A stretch of 63,165 nt of DNA from Cytophagales bacterium (GCA_043757225.1 JAYVPS010000163.1:1-63165), one strand, 5' to 3'; counted from the first letter of the stretch, positions 20,574 through 31,509 are shown. Program-made: numbers and translations. The notes: generated by a model not told the origin, from the sequence alone.

Positions 20574-21722
20574 ATGACCTTCGATAAAATCTATCAATTC
20601 AATTTCCCAACAACGATTCGTTTTGGTGCAGGCTCGAGTAAAGAACTAGGTGACTACTTGATAAAAAATAATCTTGCCAGGCCACTCGTTGTTACAGATC
20701 CAACAGTAGCCCAGCTTGGTTTTTTTAAAACAATAATTGCCGAGCTTAAGCAGAAAAACTTATCAGTTGAAGTTTTTCACGACATCCATAAAAACCCGGT
20801 GAAGTCAGATGTTTATAAGGGAACGGATGCTTATGATGCAACCAAGCGTGATTCGATCATTGGTATAGGAGGCGGAGCCGCACTCGATGTGGCACGCGCT
20901 ATTGTTTTGCGTGTAAACCATCGTGAAAATTTATTCAAATACGATGACCTTATTGGAGGCGATGTTTATGTAACCAATGAAGTTCCTCATTTTATTACAA
21001 TTCCAACCACAGCCGGAACGGGAAGTGAAGTAGGAAGAAGCGCAATCATTGCCGATGATGAAACCCACCAAAAGAAGATTCTGTTTGCTCCTAAATTATT
21101 AGCTAAAATTATTTTTGCTGATCCCGAGCTTACGATGGATCTTCCCTCCTTCATCACAGCCGCTACCGGAATGGACGCACTCACACATAACATGGAGGCT
21201 TTCATGGCCAAGATGCCGCACCCGATGTGCGAGGGAATCGCCCTTGAAGGAATCTCGCTCATCAGTCGTTCGTTAGAGCAAGCCGTTAACAACCCTGACA
21301 TGGAATCGCGCAGCAATATGTTAATTGCTTCATTGATGGGAGCGGTTGCTTTTCAAAAAGGATTAGGTGTAGTACATTCATTAGCGCACCCACTTTCTTC
21401 TTTACTAGATACTCATCATGGATTGGCAAACGCGGTTAATATTCCTTACGGGATGGAATTTAATATTCGGGGGTTAGAGAATAAATTTAAGCGTATCGCT
21501 CGTGCCCTTGAATTAAAAGAGGAAACAGGCGAAGCCGTGGTAAAATATTTATTTGATCTCAACTCCCAAATAAATATTCCGCATAAGCTTAGTACTATTG
21601 GTGTGAAGGGAGAACATATCGAAACATTGGCTGATTTAGCCATCGCTGACTTTGCACATCCAAATAATCCAAAGCCGGTAAGTCGAGAAGATTTCAAACA
21701 ACTTTATTTGCGTGCATTATAA
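20574..21722 (+). CDS. Iron-containing alcohol dehydrogenase
   Basis: IGGGAALD, PTTAGTGSE, DALTH, HSLAH, HHG motifs. Confidence 0.92.
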   Translation: MTFDKIYQFNFPTTIRFGAGSSKELGDYLIKNNLARPLVVTDPTVAQLGFFKTIIAELKQKNLSVEVFHDIHKNPVKSDVYKGTDAYDATKRDSIIGIGGGAALDVARAIVLRVNHRENLFKYDDLIGGDVYVTNEVPHFITIPTTAGTGSEVGRSAIIADDETHQKKILFAPKLLAKIIFADPELTMDLPSFITAATGMDALTHNMEAFMAKMPHPMCEGIALEGISLISRSLEQAVNNPDMESRSNMLIASLMGAVAFQKGLGVVHSLAHPLSSLLDTHHGLANAVNIPYGMEFNIRGLENKFKRIARALELKEETGEAVVKYLFDLNSQINIPHKLSTIGVKGEHIETLADLAIADFAHPNNPKPVSREDFKQLYLRAL

Positions 21723-22408
21723 TGAAACGAATAAAGATTGGCGTACTGGATTGCAGTAAATACGATGCCTATGCAAGTTGGATTTCGTCTGATCCATTTG
21801 TTGAAGCTGTCAAACTCGGCTATCAACTCAATAATCTTAAAGATGTTGAAGAGTGCGATGGCATACTCCTAACAGGCGGAGAAGACGTGCATCCTAAATT
21901 TTACAACAAGCCTGAATATTTACCGCTCTGCCATCAATTTGACATTGATGAAAAGCGTGATGCCTTTGAACTTCAAGTGTTGGAATATTCGCAAAAGAAT
22001 GAAATCCCCTTGCTAGGTATTTGCAGAGGGCTACAAATAACCAATGTCTTTTTTGGTGGTTCGCTGATTCCAGATATCCCTTTCACCGGTAAACCGGATC
22101 ACTCAAAGGAAGCTGATAAGGATCGGTATCACGCCATTCAAACTATTGCAGGAAGTTTGATAAGAGAAATAACAGGAGTAGAAACAGGCGAAGTAAACAG
22201 TGCGCATCATCAAAGTGCCGATCGCATTGGAAATGGATTAATCGTTTCAGGTTTGTCATCAGACGGAATCATTGAAGTAATTGAAAGAGAAAATCCCTCT
22301 GAGAAAGCTTTTCTATTACTCGTACAATGGCATCCTGAAAGGATGATCGACCAACAAAGTGTGTTAACAAAGAATATTAAGAAAGCTTTTTTAGAAAGTG
22401 TAAAGTAA
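21722..22408 (+). CDS. Gamma-glutamyl hydrolase (PuuD-like, peptidase C26, class I glutamine amidotransferase fold)
   Basis: LTGGEDV, GICRGLQ, VNSAHHQ, VQWHPE. Confidence 0.9.
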   Translation: MKRIKIGVLDCSKYDAYASWISSDPFVEAVKLGYQLNNLKDVEECDGILLTGGEDVHPKFYNKPEYLPLCHQFDIDEKRDAFELQVLEYSQKNEIPLLGICRGLQITNVFFGGSLIPDIPFTGKPDHSKEADKDRYHAIQTIAGSLIREITGVETGEVNSAHHQSADRIGNGLIVSGLSSDGIIEVIERENPSEKAFLLLVQWHPERMIDQQSVLTKNIKKAFLESVK

Positions 22409-22430
22409 TTCACTAGAACAATAGAGAGAG

Positions 22431-23801
22431 ATGAAAATCATAAACCCTGCTACCGAGGAAATCATTCAAGAGTTAACAGAAGATAGTCGTGTGAGTGTAG
22501 AACAAAAATTCTCTTCATTGAAATCGGCACAGCCTCAATGGGCAAAGGTCACCTTGCCAGAAAGGATCACCATTCTGAATAAATTTGCCGACTTACTTGA
22601 AAAAAATATTGAAGGGTTGGCCAATCTCTTAACTTCAGAAGTCGGAAAGCCCTTGCAACAAGCTAAGAATGAAATAAACGGGGCTCGCTCCCGAATTAAA
22701 TGGCTTACCGAAAATGCTGAAAAGTATTTGAACGATGAGGTAATGACCCAAGATCAAAATTTGACAGAACGAATTTCCTACGAGCCCCTCGGTGTTATCG
22801 GCAATATCTCAGCATGGAATTATCCTTACCTCGTTGGTGTAAATGTTTTTGTTCCCGCGCTGCTGGCTGGCAATGCAGTATTTTATAAGCCTTCAGAGCA
22901 CTCAACACTTACTGGATTAGAAATTGAAAAATTATTAAAACAAGCTGGCGTACCGGAGCATATTTTTCATGTGGCTACTGGGGCAAAAGAAGTTGGAGAA
23001 TTATTGCTCGAGCTTCCACTGAACGGATATTTTTTCACCGGCTCTTACAAAACCGGAAAATATATTTATGAATCCGTTTCCAAAAAAATGGTGCCATGCC
23101 AATGTGAGTTGGGTGGAAAAGATCCATTATATGTTACCGATGATGTTACCGATGTGAAATCCGTAGCTGCAAGCACGGCCGATGGTGCCTTCTATAACAA
23201 CGGACAAAGCTGTTGTGCTGTAGAGCGCATCTATGTTCATGAAAAGAATTACGATGAATATGCAAAAGAATTTGTCAAAGAGGTAAAGTCATGGAAAATT
23301 GGAAAGCCAACAGAGGCAGGAGTTTACATTGCTGCTCTGACCAGAAAAGAACAAGTTACCGTTTTAGAGGAACAAGTAGCCGATGCGTTGCAAAAAGGAG
23401 CAACGCTTGCCACAGGAGGAAAGCGAATTCATGGAAAGGGTTATTATTTTGAACCTACCGTTCTGTTAAATGTTAATCACTCCATGAGTGTAATGAGAGA
23501 CGAATCATTTGGACCAATCATCGGAATTATGAAAGTAAATGGTGATGCCGAGGCTATTCACTTAATGCAAGACACGGAATACGGATTAACAGCTTCGGTC
23601 TATAGCAGAAATCAAGAACGGGCCGAGAGTGTTCTACAACAAATTAATTCCGGTACCAGCTATTGGAATTGCTGCGACCGCGTAAGTGCTGCATTACCTT
23701 GGAGTGGAAGGCAGCATTCAGGATTTGGCGCAACACTATCTCATGCAGGGCTTCGGGTCTTTACAAAACTCAAAGCATTCCATTTACGAACTTCAAATTA
23801 A
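22431..23801 (+). CDS. NAD(P)-dependent aldehyde dehydrogenase
   Basis: INPAT, WNYP, KPSE, FTGS, ELGGKDP, GQSCC, ESFGP. Confidence 0.93.
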   Translation: MKIINPATEEIIQELTEDSRVSVEQKFSSLKSAQPQWAKVTLPERITILNKFADLLEKNIEGLANLLTSEVGKPLQQAKNEINGARSRIKWLTENAEKYLNDEVMTQDQNLTERISYEPLGVIGNISAWNYPYLVGVNVFVPALLAGNAVFYKPSEHSTLTGLEIEKLLKQAGVPEHIFHVATGAKEVGELLLELPLNGYFFTGSYKTGKYIYESVSKKMVPCQCELGGKDPLYVTDDVTDVKSVAASTADGAFYNNGQSCCAVERIYVHEKNYDEYAKEFVKEVKSWKIGKPTEAGVYIAALTRKEQVTVLEEQVADALQKGATLATGGKRIHGKGYYFEPTVLLNVNHSMSVMRDESFGPIIGIMKVNGDAEAIHLMQDTEYGLTASVYSRNQERAESVLQQINSGTSYWNCCDRVSAALPWSGRQHSGFGATLSHAGLRVFTKLKAFHLRTSN

Positions 23802-23841
23802 TTTTTTTGTAGTGATTTCGTTACTCACTCAATATAAGGAT

Positions 23842-24756
23842 CTACGATTTTTGTTTTCCGATGATCAGCACTCCAACTAAAATCATTGCAGTGCCAATTA
23901 ATTGCCCTACTGAAAACGATTCACTCAAAAAGAAATAGGCCAAAACGAGTGTTGACACTGGCCCTATACTGCCAATGATGGCAGTATTGCCCGGGCCTAT
24001 TCTTTTAATTCCTTCTGTCACCAAATACGATGGTAGCACGGTTCCAAAAATTGCCATAAAGAAACTATACTCGTACACCTTTATTGGCTGATGAAAGAGA
24101 GAAACCTCAGTTGTAAAAAAGAAATGCAACAAAACTCCGACTGAAGCAAAACTCATAGCATAACTATTAAACTTAGATGCTCCAACCACCGGTATCAATC
24201 TTCCGCTTCCAACAATGTAAGTCGCATAGGTGAAAGCACATATAAAAATAAGCAGAGAGCCATACAGAAAATTCTTATTGTTTGTTGACCCTAACTCAAT
24301 TTCGCTAACAAAAGCGGTTGCCAACCCGGCATAGGTAATGATCAACGCGAGCCACTGCAAAGGTTTAATCTTTTGATTAAAGATAATAGAAGACATAAGC
24401 AACACCAGCGTAGGGTAAATGAAGAGGATCAATCGCTCGATGCCGGCTGTAACATAATACAAGCCCATAAAATCAAGTAAGCTGCTGATGTAATATCCAA
24501 GGCAGCCAATGAGGGCTACATAAAACCATTGTTTCCCTGTGAACTTTACATTCTCGCTCTTCCCTGACGTGACGAAGGCAGCGACTACAAAGAATGGTAA
24601 AGAGAAAATCATTCGAAGTGCCAACAAGGTGACAGCATCGATTTGCGTATCGCGATAAGCGAGCTTTACAAAAATGGCTTTGGTTGAAAACAGAACAGCT
24701 CCCAAAAGGGCAATGAAAACTCCTGAAAAAAAATTGGATTGAGTGGACTGTTTCAC
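23842..24756 (-). CDS. EamA/DMT family transporter
   Basis: About 10 TM in two repeats; GTG start. Confidence 0.88.
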   Translation of the reverse strand: MKQSTQSNFFSGVFIALLGAVLFSTKAIFVKLAYRDTQIDAVTLLALRMIFSLPFFVVAAFVTSGKSENVKFTGKQWFYVALIGCLGYYISSLLDFMGLYYVTAGIERLILFIYPTLVLLMSSIIFNQKIKPLQWLALIITYAGLATAFVSEIELGSTNNKNFLYGSLLIFICAFTYATYIVGSGRLIPVVGASKFNSYAMSFASVGVLLHFFFTTEVSLFHQPIKVYEYSFFMAIFGTVLPSYLVTEGIKRIGPGNTAIIGSIGPVSTLVLAYFFLSESFSVGQLIGTAMILVGVLIIGKQKS

Positions 24757-24852
24757 AACGTCCGCAAAGATGGAAGAATTTTAAAGCGGTTCTAAGTATT
24801 CAATAGAAATTAAACTTGCAGTCATACTAACTAACAAGAGTTTTTTGTAATC

Positions 24853-27795
24853 TTAACTCATCAACATCTCAATATCTTCCCGCGTAAGCGACTTGATTAC
24901 ATTTTCTTCGTTTTGAATTAGATTTTCGGAAAGCTTGAGCTTGTGTTTTTGAAGGGTTAGAATTTTTTCTTCTACTGTATTTTTGGTGATGAACTTGTAG
25001 GTGAATACTTTTTTCTTCTGGCCAATACGATGGGCTCTATCTGCCGCTTGCGCCTCCACGGCCGGATTCCACCAGGGGTCAAGGATGAAGACATAATCGG
25101 CTTCTGTTAGATTCAGACCTAAGCCACCTGCTTTAATTGAAATCAAAAATACTTTTAAGTCGGGAGTTTTATTGAAACGCTCCACTTGCTCTTTTCGATC
25201 TGTGCTAGATCCATCTAAGTATGCAAAAGGGATCTTTCTTGTCTTTAGCATTTCTTTCACAATCTCTAAGTGTTTCACAAATTGACTAAACACTAACAAC
25301 TTGTGCCCTTCCAATAAAGCATTCTCAATCATGTGTGAGATATCATCCAATTTACCGGAGGTTCCGGTATAATGTGTGTCTACCATTTTAGGATGGTTTG
25401 AAATTTGTCGCAATTTGGTGAGTCCCTCTAAAATAGTCATGCGAGAACTGTTAATCCCTTCTTTGTCGATGAGGTCAAGAATTTTATCGCGGTAGTAAGC
25501 TTTTGCTTCTTCGTATTTCTGTTCTTGCTCGGTGCTCATGTTAGTGTAGTAGATATTTTCTACTTTCTCGGGCAAATCTTTAGCAACTTGCGATTTGAGC
25601 CTGCGCAACATAAATGGTCGAATAATGCCGTTCAATTTTTTAAGCTTTGCCTCATCGGCTTTCTTTTCAATCGGAATTTGATATTCTTTTTTGAAAAATG
25701 TTTGACCCCCCAACAACCCCGGATTAATAAATGTCATCTGCGACCAAAGATCCAACGTTGTGTTTTCTAATGGAGTACCCGTCAATGTCAGTTTGAATCG
25801 TGAACGCAACTGCATCACCGCTTTGGCAATATTAGCCGTTGGGTTTTTTATCACCTGCGATTCATCTAGGATCACATAGTTGAAAAAGAATTTCTGAAGC
25901 TCATCAATATCTAACCTTGTGATACCGTAGGAAGTAAGCACGACATCATATTTGCTAAAACGACTTACATCTTTATTGCGAAGCGTACCCGTATAGGTTA
26001 GAATTTTTAGATCGGGGGTGAACTTCGAAGCTTCCATCTCCCAATTGTAAATGAGTGAAGTAGGCATTACCAACAAAGAAGTACCCGTATTTCCTTTTTC
26101 CTTTTCAGATTGAAGCAACGCTAACGTTTGCACGGTTTTACCCAACCCCATGTCATCCGCCAAACATCCACCCAAGTGAAATTCATTAAGGAAGCGAAGC
26201 CAGTTGTAGCCCGCTTTTTGATAAGGGCGAAGCGTACCAACGAAGCTATTGGGTAAATGGTAATCTTTTATTCCTGTAAATGATTGCAAGTTTCTTAGCC
26301 GCTCACTCATGTGTACTTTAGCAAGGTTGCCTTCTTCTAATTCGGTGAGTAAATTGATATGATGCTTTTTCAATACAGGTTTTTCATGGTCGCCATGCGT
26401 TTCGCTTAAGGCGAACAAGTCTCCATATTTAATTAACCAAGCGTCAGGGATGATAGCAATTTCGCCATTGGGCAACTTGAACTCTACTTTCTTTTTGATG
26501 ATGAGCTTGCGCAATTCTTTGAAAGAAATCTCATACTCTCCAAATCGAATCTTTGCATGAATATCAAACCAGTCAATACTCTCTTTTACTTCTAACTCAA
26601 TCACAGCCTTGCCCACAAAATACTTTTTGTCGCGGTTCTCAGGCTGGCTCACTTCAAAACCAAGATTCAATAAGTTCACACGATTCTCATTCAGCCACGA
26701 AAATGCGTGAGCTTTTTCTACCGCACACCTAAATCCCCGCAAGGGAAGACCCAACTTGGTCAATGTATGTGCCGCCTTCTTTTCAGAATCAATGTCGCGC
26801 TTAACGCGGTGAAAGACATAGTCGTTATCTTTCTTTTCAACCGTTACGCTTACCAAGCCAAAAGCATCTCCGCGAAACTTGTGCTTGCCATAACGGAAGG
26901 ATAGATCGAATACAATTTTTCCTGCTTCGTCATCAGAAGGACCTTCTTCTCCGCCTTCAAAAAGTGCGGGTGATGATTTTTGATTTGCCGGAGGGAGCTC
27001 TGAAATGGTCAGCACCGGATGCGGTTCAAATTCGTGCTTGGTAATTTCAAAGCCATACGCTTCAATATCATCAAAAGAAGCAATGAGTGGCGCAACAAAA
27101 CGATTATAATAAGTCTCTTCTAAATTCTTTGGGATAACTACATGCGCCTTGTTCAAAAACGGTTGGAGTTTTTTTCCGTCTACAAACTTTTCAAACCCGT
27201 ATAGCTTCCCATTGAACACCATCCAGGCGGGTTGTCTACAAGTGAGGTAAGCGGCAGGATTAGGAATCTCTACCTTTTTACCATTGTAGGTTATGGTTGG
27301 GTAGTAATTGGTGCTTTCTTCCCCACGCTGAAAATGAAATTGAATGCTGGCACGATTTTCCAGTACTTCCAACTTGCGCCAAGTGGGTTCGCCATCGTTT
27401 CCCATCTCAAAAAGCATTTTGCCTTTCATCTTTTCAAGCACAGCGGCTCTACGTTTTTCCATGTAAGCCTCAATCTGCTCTTGAAGCAACGCATCGCCCT
27501 TTTCCTTGTTGAAGACTTTGCTGAAGAACTCTTCAGGCTTCATTATTTTTTTTGAAAAATGTTTCAGAACGGCATCCTGATTCATACTGTCCATCATATC
27601 AATCAGCTCAAAATCACGAGCGTCCAATCCCTTCGAAAATTCACGGGCATTTTTGGCCGATATATTTTGATGCTGATAGGTGAGTTTGCCTTTTTCGTCC
27701 AGATGGACAATGAAAGATTCAAAAATATAGCCCAAATACTCGTGCTGATAGAGTGAATAGATGATCTGAAAAGGCTGTGCTGACGATACTTTCAT
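24853..27795 (-). CDS. SNF2-family (DEAD/DEAH-like) helicase
   Basis: LRPYQ, LADDMGLGKT, DESQ, LTGTPLEN, FSQF, GGLGLNL, WWNPAVE, DRAHRIGQ. Confidence 0.95.
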   Translation of the reverse strand: MKVSSAQPFQIIYSLYQHEYLGYIFESFIVHLDEKGKLTYQHQNISAKNAREFSKGLDARDFELIDMMDSMNQDAVLKHFSKKIMKPEEFFSKVFNKEKGDALLQEQIEAYMEKRRAAVLEKMKGKMLFEMGNDGEPTWRKLEVLENRASIQFHFQRGEESTNYYPTITYNGKKVEIPNPAAYLTCRQPAWMVFNGKLYGFEKFVDGKKLQPFLNKAHVVIPKNLEETYYNRFVAPLIASFDDIEAYGFEITKHEFEPHPVLTISELPPANQKSSPALFEGGEEGPSDDEAGKIVFDLSFRYGKHKFRGDAFGLVSVTVEKKDNDYVFHRVKRDIDSEKKAAHTLTKLGLPLRGFRCAVEKAHAFSWLNENRVNLLNLGFEVSQPENRDKKYFVGKAVIELEVKESIDWFDIHAKIRFGEYEISFKELRKLIIKKKVEFKLPNGEIAIIPDAWLIKYGDLFALSETHGDHEKPVLKKHHINLLTELEEGNLAKVHMSERLRNLQSFTGIKDYHLPNSFVGTLRPYQKAGYNWLRFLNEFHLGGCLADDMGLGKTVQTLALLQSEKEKGNTGTSLLVMPTSLIYNWEMEASKFTPDLKILTYTGTLRNKDVSRFSKYDVVLTSYGITRLDIDELQKFFFNYVILDESQVIKNPTANIAKAVMQLRSRFKLTLTGTPLENTTLDLWSQMTFINPGLLGGQTFFKKEYQIPIEKKADEAKLKKLNGIIRPFMLRRLKSQVAKDLPEKVENIYYTNMSTEQEQKYEEAKAYYRDKILDLIDKEGINSSRMTILEGLTKLRQISNHPKMVDTHYTGTSGKLDDISHMIENALLEGHKLLVFSQFVKHLEIVKEMLKTRKIPFAYLDGSSTDRKEQVERFNKTPDLKVFLISIKAGGLGLNLTEADYVFILDPWWNPAVEAQAADRAHRIGQKKKVFTYKFITKNTVEEKILTLQKHKLKLSENLIQNEENVIKSLTREDIEMLMS

Positions 27796-27962
27796 AGATG
27801 TGAACTGATTGAGTTCGTCCTATTCTTTATTTTCAAAACGTATCGAAAGCAATCACTTGAGTCATTTTCAAAAGTTTTCAGAATAAGCCGACTTGCAAAT
27901 TAGTCAATTAAGATCAAATAATTTTTGATATTTTGGAGAATTTCCTACACATTCATTACATC

Positions 27963-29186
27963 CTAAAGCTGAACGGTAGAAGAAGAACGGGAAGCCAATG
28001 AGGCCGGGTAAAAGGAGATGAGGAAAGTGATAGCCACAATTACCGAAGAGGTGGTGATAAAATCAATGAACTTTAGTTTGACAGGATAGTTGTTGACCAG
28101 AGCATTTTCCATGCCCATACCGACCAGTCCAAAATGATCTTGCAACCAGCAAATAGTGCCTCCTAAGGTTAATCCAATGGCGGCACCTAAGAAAGCAACT
28201 AACGCACCTTCGGTTAAAAAAATTCGCCTGATCATACTGCCGTTTGCACCCACAGCGGAAAGAACCGCTATGTCTTTTTTCTTGTCGATGACCAGCATCA
28301 TCAATGAAAAGAAAATATTAATAGAAGCCACCAAGATGAGCATAGTAAGTGCTATGAAAACAAAAAGCTTTTCCGTTTTCATTAGTTTATACAGATCCTT
28401 GTGTTGCTCTTCATTGGTTAGCACAGAAAAGCGGCTGCCCAGAATTGAGCTGATTTGCTTTTGAATGTCTTGAATGTCTGTACCCGATATTGCTTTTACT
28501 TCTAGCGAAGTACGTTTGGTATCATAGTCGAGCAAATCGCGAGCAAAATCAAGGGGCAGGAAAATATAATTTTCATCATAATTTTTTTCGATCGAAAATA
28601 CCGAACCTGGTTCAATATCTCTGCGCGAATAAAGTTGTGAAATATCAAGTGTTGAAGCGTTGGCATTTTTAATATAAAAAATCTGAAGAGGATAAATGTT
28701 GCCTTCCACGGCAATCGATAATGCATATTGAACGCCTCTCCCTATGATTGCATAGTTAATTCCTTTATCGTGTAAGCGCAGTTTGCCGTCAACAATATGA
28801 TCGTCAAGTCGATGTTGATCCAAAAAATTATCGCTTACTCCCTTGATAGTGACTACCATGTCGGCATCACGGTAGCGAGCATATGCATAATCTTCAATTA
28901 CCTCTGTAACAACCTCAACTCCCTTCACTTCTTTTATAGAATAAAGCAGCTTTTCATCTACCGAAAATGACTTTCCTTTAACGGCCTCAATTTTCAACTC
29001 CGGATCGAACGAAGAATTTAGGGAGCGGAGCAAATCTTCCAACCCATTGAACACGGAAAGCACAATAATTAATGCAGCCGTAGAAAAAGCAACGCCAATT
29101 ACTGATAGGATAGAGATAATATTAATGAAATTCCTCTTCCTCTTAGAGAGAAAATATCTTTTGGCAATGAAGAGAGAGAGATTCAA
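27963..29186 (-). CDS. LolC/E-like lipoprotein-releasing ABC transporter permease
   Basis: FIAKRYF, IIVLSVFNG, KKKDIAVL..VGA; FtsX-type topology. Confidence 0.85.
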   Translation of the reverse strand: MNLSLFIAKRYFLSKRKRNFINIISILSVIGVAFSTAALIIVLSVFNGLEDLLRSLNSSFDPELKIEAVKGKSFSVDEKLLYSIKEVKGVEVVTEVIEDYAYARYRDADMVVTIKGVSDNFLDQHRLDDHIVDGKLRLHDKGINYAIIGRGVQYALSIAVEGNIYPLQIFYIKNANASTLDISQLYSRRDIEPGSVFSIEKNYDENYIFLPLDFARDLLDYDTKRTSLEVKAISGTDIQDIQKQISSILGSRFSVLTNEEQHKDLYKLMKTEKLFVFIALTMLILVASINIFFSLMMLVIDKKKDIAVLSAVGANGSMIRRIFLTEGALVAFLGAAIGLTLGGTICWLQDHFGLVGMGMENALVNNYPVKLKFIDFITTSSVIVAITFLISFYPASLASRSSSTVQL

Positions 29187-29218
29187 GAAATTTCAGTTAA
29201 ACGACATTGGTTTCTACA

Positions 29219-29584
29219 TCACAAATCGTCCTTTGGTATATTCAAATTCTTAAGGATTTCTTCCATGCGCAAAGCGCTTTCCTCCACTTCATCAATGTAA
29301 AATACTAATTCGGGCACAATGCGCGCTTGGTTGCGGATCTTGTTACCTAAATCTCTGCGAATTTCACCCTTTCTTAAATTTATTTTAGCGAGCAAAGCAT
29401 TTTTATCCTTTGCCAACGACATGCTCAAATAAACTTTCGCAACGCTTAGATCGGGGCTCATCTTCACTTCGGCAATGGTGATGAAAGCTCCTTCAAGAAT
29501 ATTCCCTTTTTCTTTCAAAAAAATGTCACTAAGCTCTTTTAAAATTAGTTTGCTATATTTCTGTTGCCTTACCGTGCCGCTCAT
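29219..29584 (-). CDS. rbfA: 30S ribosome-binding factor A
   Basis: RQQKY, VKMSPDLSVAKVYLS, RIVPELVFYID. Confidence 0.93.
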   Translation of the reverse strand: MSGTVRQQKYSKLILKELSDIFLKEKGNILEGAFITIAEVKMSPDLSVAKVYLSMSLAKDKNALLAKINLRKGEIRRDLGNKIRNQARIVPELVFYIDEVEESALRMEEILKNLNIPKDDL

Positions 29585-29588
29585 AGAG

Positions 29589-29596
29589 CAAAGATA
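29589..29596 (-). promoter_or_regulatory. Putative Bacteroidota -7 promoter element for rbfA
   Basis: TATCTTTG on the minus strand directly upstream of the rbfA ATG. Confidence 0.4.
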
Positions 29597-29682
29597 GTTT
29601 TAAATTACGAAGTTAGGTAAATTGCCCTTCGTCCTTTTATGCTCAACGGTTTCTTATAACTTTGGGCTTTTAGACGACCCCC

Positions 29683-31083
29683 ATGCTCCGCTTTTTTCGA
29701 TTTAATGATCCGTATCGTTTGCTGGTTGTGTTCCTTATTATCATACTGGTCAGCTTGCCGCTTTTCATTTCCCCTTCTGCTATTACCCTTCAAGAATTAA
29801 AAAGTATGTTGGTTGGTGAAGCACTCAATGATGGGAAGACTTTATACCTTCAATTAGTAGATGATACGGCACCTCTTACCGCTTGGATTTTTGGATGGGT
29901 GGAAATAATCGCTGGTCGATCAATAGGCGGAAGGCAGGTGCTGGCACTGATACTAATTTTTTTTCAAGCTGCTTTCTTCGCGATTCTTTTGATCAACAAT
30001 CGGGCATATAATGAGAACACTTATTTGCCTGCTCTGATTTTTGGAATACTCTCATTCTATTCCTTCGACCTTTTTTCGTTTTCATCTGAATTGCTAGGCT
30101 CTACTGTTTTACTATTTGCGCTAAATAATTTATTCAAGGAAATCGAATTCAGAGTGCAACGTGATGAGACCTTGCTCAACCTCGGAGTCTATCTGGGAAT
30201 TGCTTCGCTGCTGGTTTTTAGTTATTTCACTTTTGCGGTAGGCACACTTCTTATTCTTTTCGTCTTCACCCGCATGACGATGCAAAAAACCTTCCTATTA
30301 CTTTTTGGTTTTGCTCTCCCGCACTTGCTACTAATCTCCTTCTATTTCTTTTGGGATAATCACATGGCACTTTTTCAAAATTTTTACGGATATAACTTTA
30401 CTTTCATTACACATCGGGTTGTAGACATGAAATCAATTCTACTATTGGGATTAGTACCCTTAACATATCTAATCTTCTCATTAATCATGCTGAATCGTGA
30501 AGCACACTTTACTAAATACCAATCTCAACTTTTACAGGTGATGTTTCTATGGCTTTTAGTGGCAACAGCGGAAGTCATCATCACCCGGAAGCGAACACCT
30601 CACAGCTTCTTTACTTTTATTCCCCCGTTGGCTTACTTTATCAGTCATTATTTGCTGCTGATTCGCAGGAAGAGAGTAGCAGAAATGATGCTCTGGATTT
30701 TTATGATAGGAATTGTGTCGATGGCTTGGGCGAGTAGAACTAACAAGATTAAAGCGATCGATTTTTCTGGATTATTTATAAAAAATCAACCCGCGTATAA
30801 ACAAATACAAAATAGGCGAATTATGGTTTTGGGAGATCAGTTTGAATTGTATCAGCAAAATAAATTGGGCGGCTATTTTTTGAACTGGGAGTTAGCCAAA
30901 GACATTTTTAAAAACCCAGATTACTTCGAGAATATTATTTTGGTGGATAGGTCTTTTCAAAAAGATGCACCCGAAGTAATTGTAGATCAAAATAATTTGA
31001 TGCAACCCTTCTTTGACCGGATTCCCAAATGGCAATCAAAATATAAAAAAGAGGGAGACCTATATTTTAAAGTCAGCAACTAA
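29683..31083 (+). CDS. Conserved polytopic membrane protein (DUF6427-like)
   Basis: MLRFFRFNDPYRL start; many TM segments; NTYLPAL. Confidence 0.6.
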   Translation: MLRFFRFNDPYRLLVVFLIIILVSLPLFISPSAITLQELKSMLVGEALNDGKTLYLQLVDDTAPLTAWIFGWVEIIAGRSIGGRQVLALILIFFQAAFFAILLINNRAYNENTYLPALIFGILSFYSFDLFSFSSELLGSTVLLFALNNLFKEIEFRVQRDETLLNLGVYLGIASLLVFSYFTFAVGTLLILFVFTRMTMQKTFLLLFGFALPHLLLISFYFFWDNHMALFQNFYGYNFTFITHRVVDMKSILLLGLVPLTYLIFSLIMLNREAHFTKYQSQLLQVMFLWLLVATAEVIITRKRTPHSFFTFIPPLAYFISHYLLLIRRKRVAEMMLWIFMIGIVSMAWASRTNKIKAIDFSGLFIKNQPAYKQIQNRRIMVLGDQFELYQQNKLGGYFLNWELAKDIFKNPDYFENIILVDRSFQKDAPEVIVDQNNLMQPFFDRIPKWQSKYKKEGDLYFKVSN

Positions 31084-31504
31084 TTTTATCAACCCGTGTA
31101 GCATGTCTGCCGCCCTCAAATACAGAGTGAAGAAATTTATCCACTATTTTCTCGGCCAGCTCCAATGAAATGTGCCGAGAAGGAATACAAAGCACATTGG
31201 CATTGTTGTGAGTACGGGCTAGTTCGGCCAGTTCTTCTTTCCAACAAATAGCAGCCCGAATATCCTGATGTTTATTGGCTGTCATAGCTACCCCATTGCC
31301 GCTACCACAAATCAGCAATCCCAGATCAAATTCTTTTTTTTCTACAGCGTTGGCCACCGGGTGAGCAAAATCCGGATAGTCGGCAGAATCCGAACTATAG
31401 GTTCCAAAGTCTTTGGTAACATATCCCTTTTTATCAAGCCATTTTTTTAAATGCTCTTTGTATTCAAACCCTGCGTGGTCGGCTCCTATTGCTATTTTTT
31501 CCAT
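31073..31504 (-). CDS. rpiB: Ribose-5-phosphate isomerase B
   Basis: IGADHAG, DYPD, ICGSGNG, HNNAN, FEGGRH. Confidence 0.96.
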   Translation of the reverse strand: MEKIAIGADHAGFEYKEHLKKWLDKKGYVTKDFGTYSSDSADYPDFAHPVANAVEKKEFDLGLLICGSGNGVAMTANKHQDIRAAICWKEELAELARTHNNANVLCIPSRHISLELAEKIVDKFLHSVFEGGRHATRVDKISC

Positions 31505-31509
31505 CCTTT

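Noticed and set aside
24853-27795. SNF2 helicase as an anti-phage defence component
   Set aside because: It sits alone among housekeeping genes with no methylase, nuclease or other defence partner nearby.
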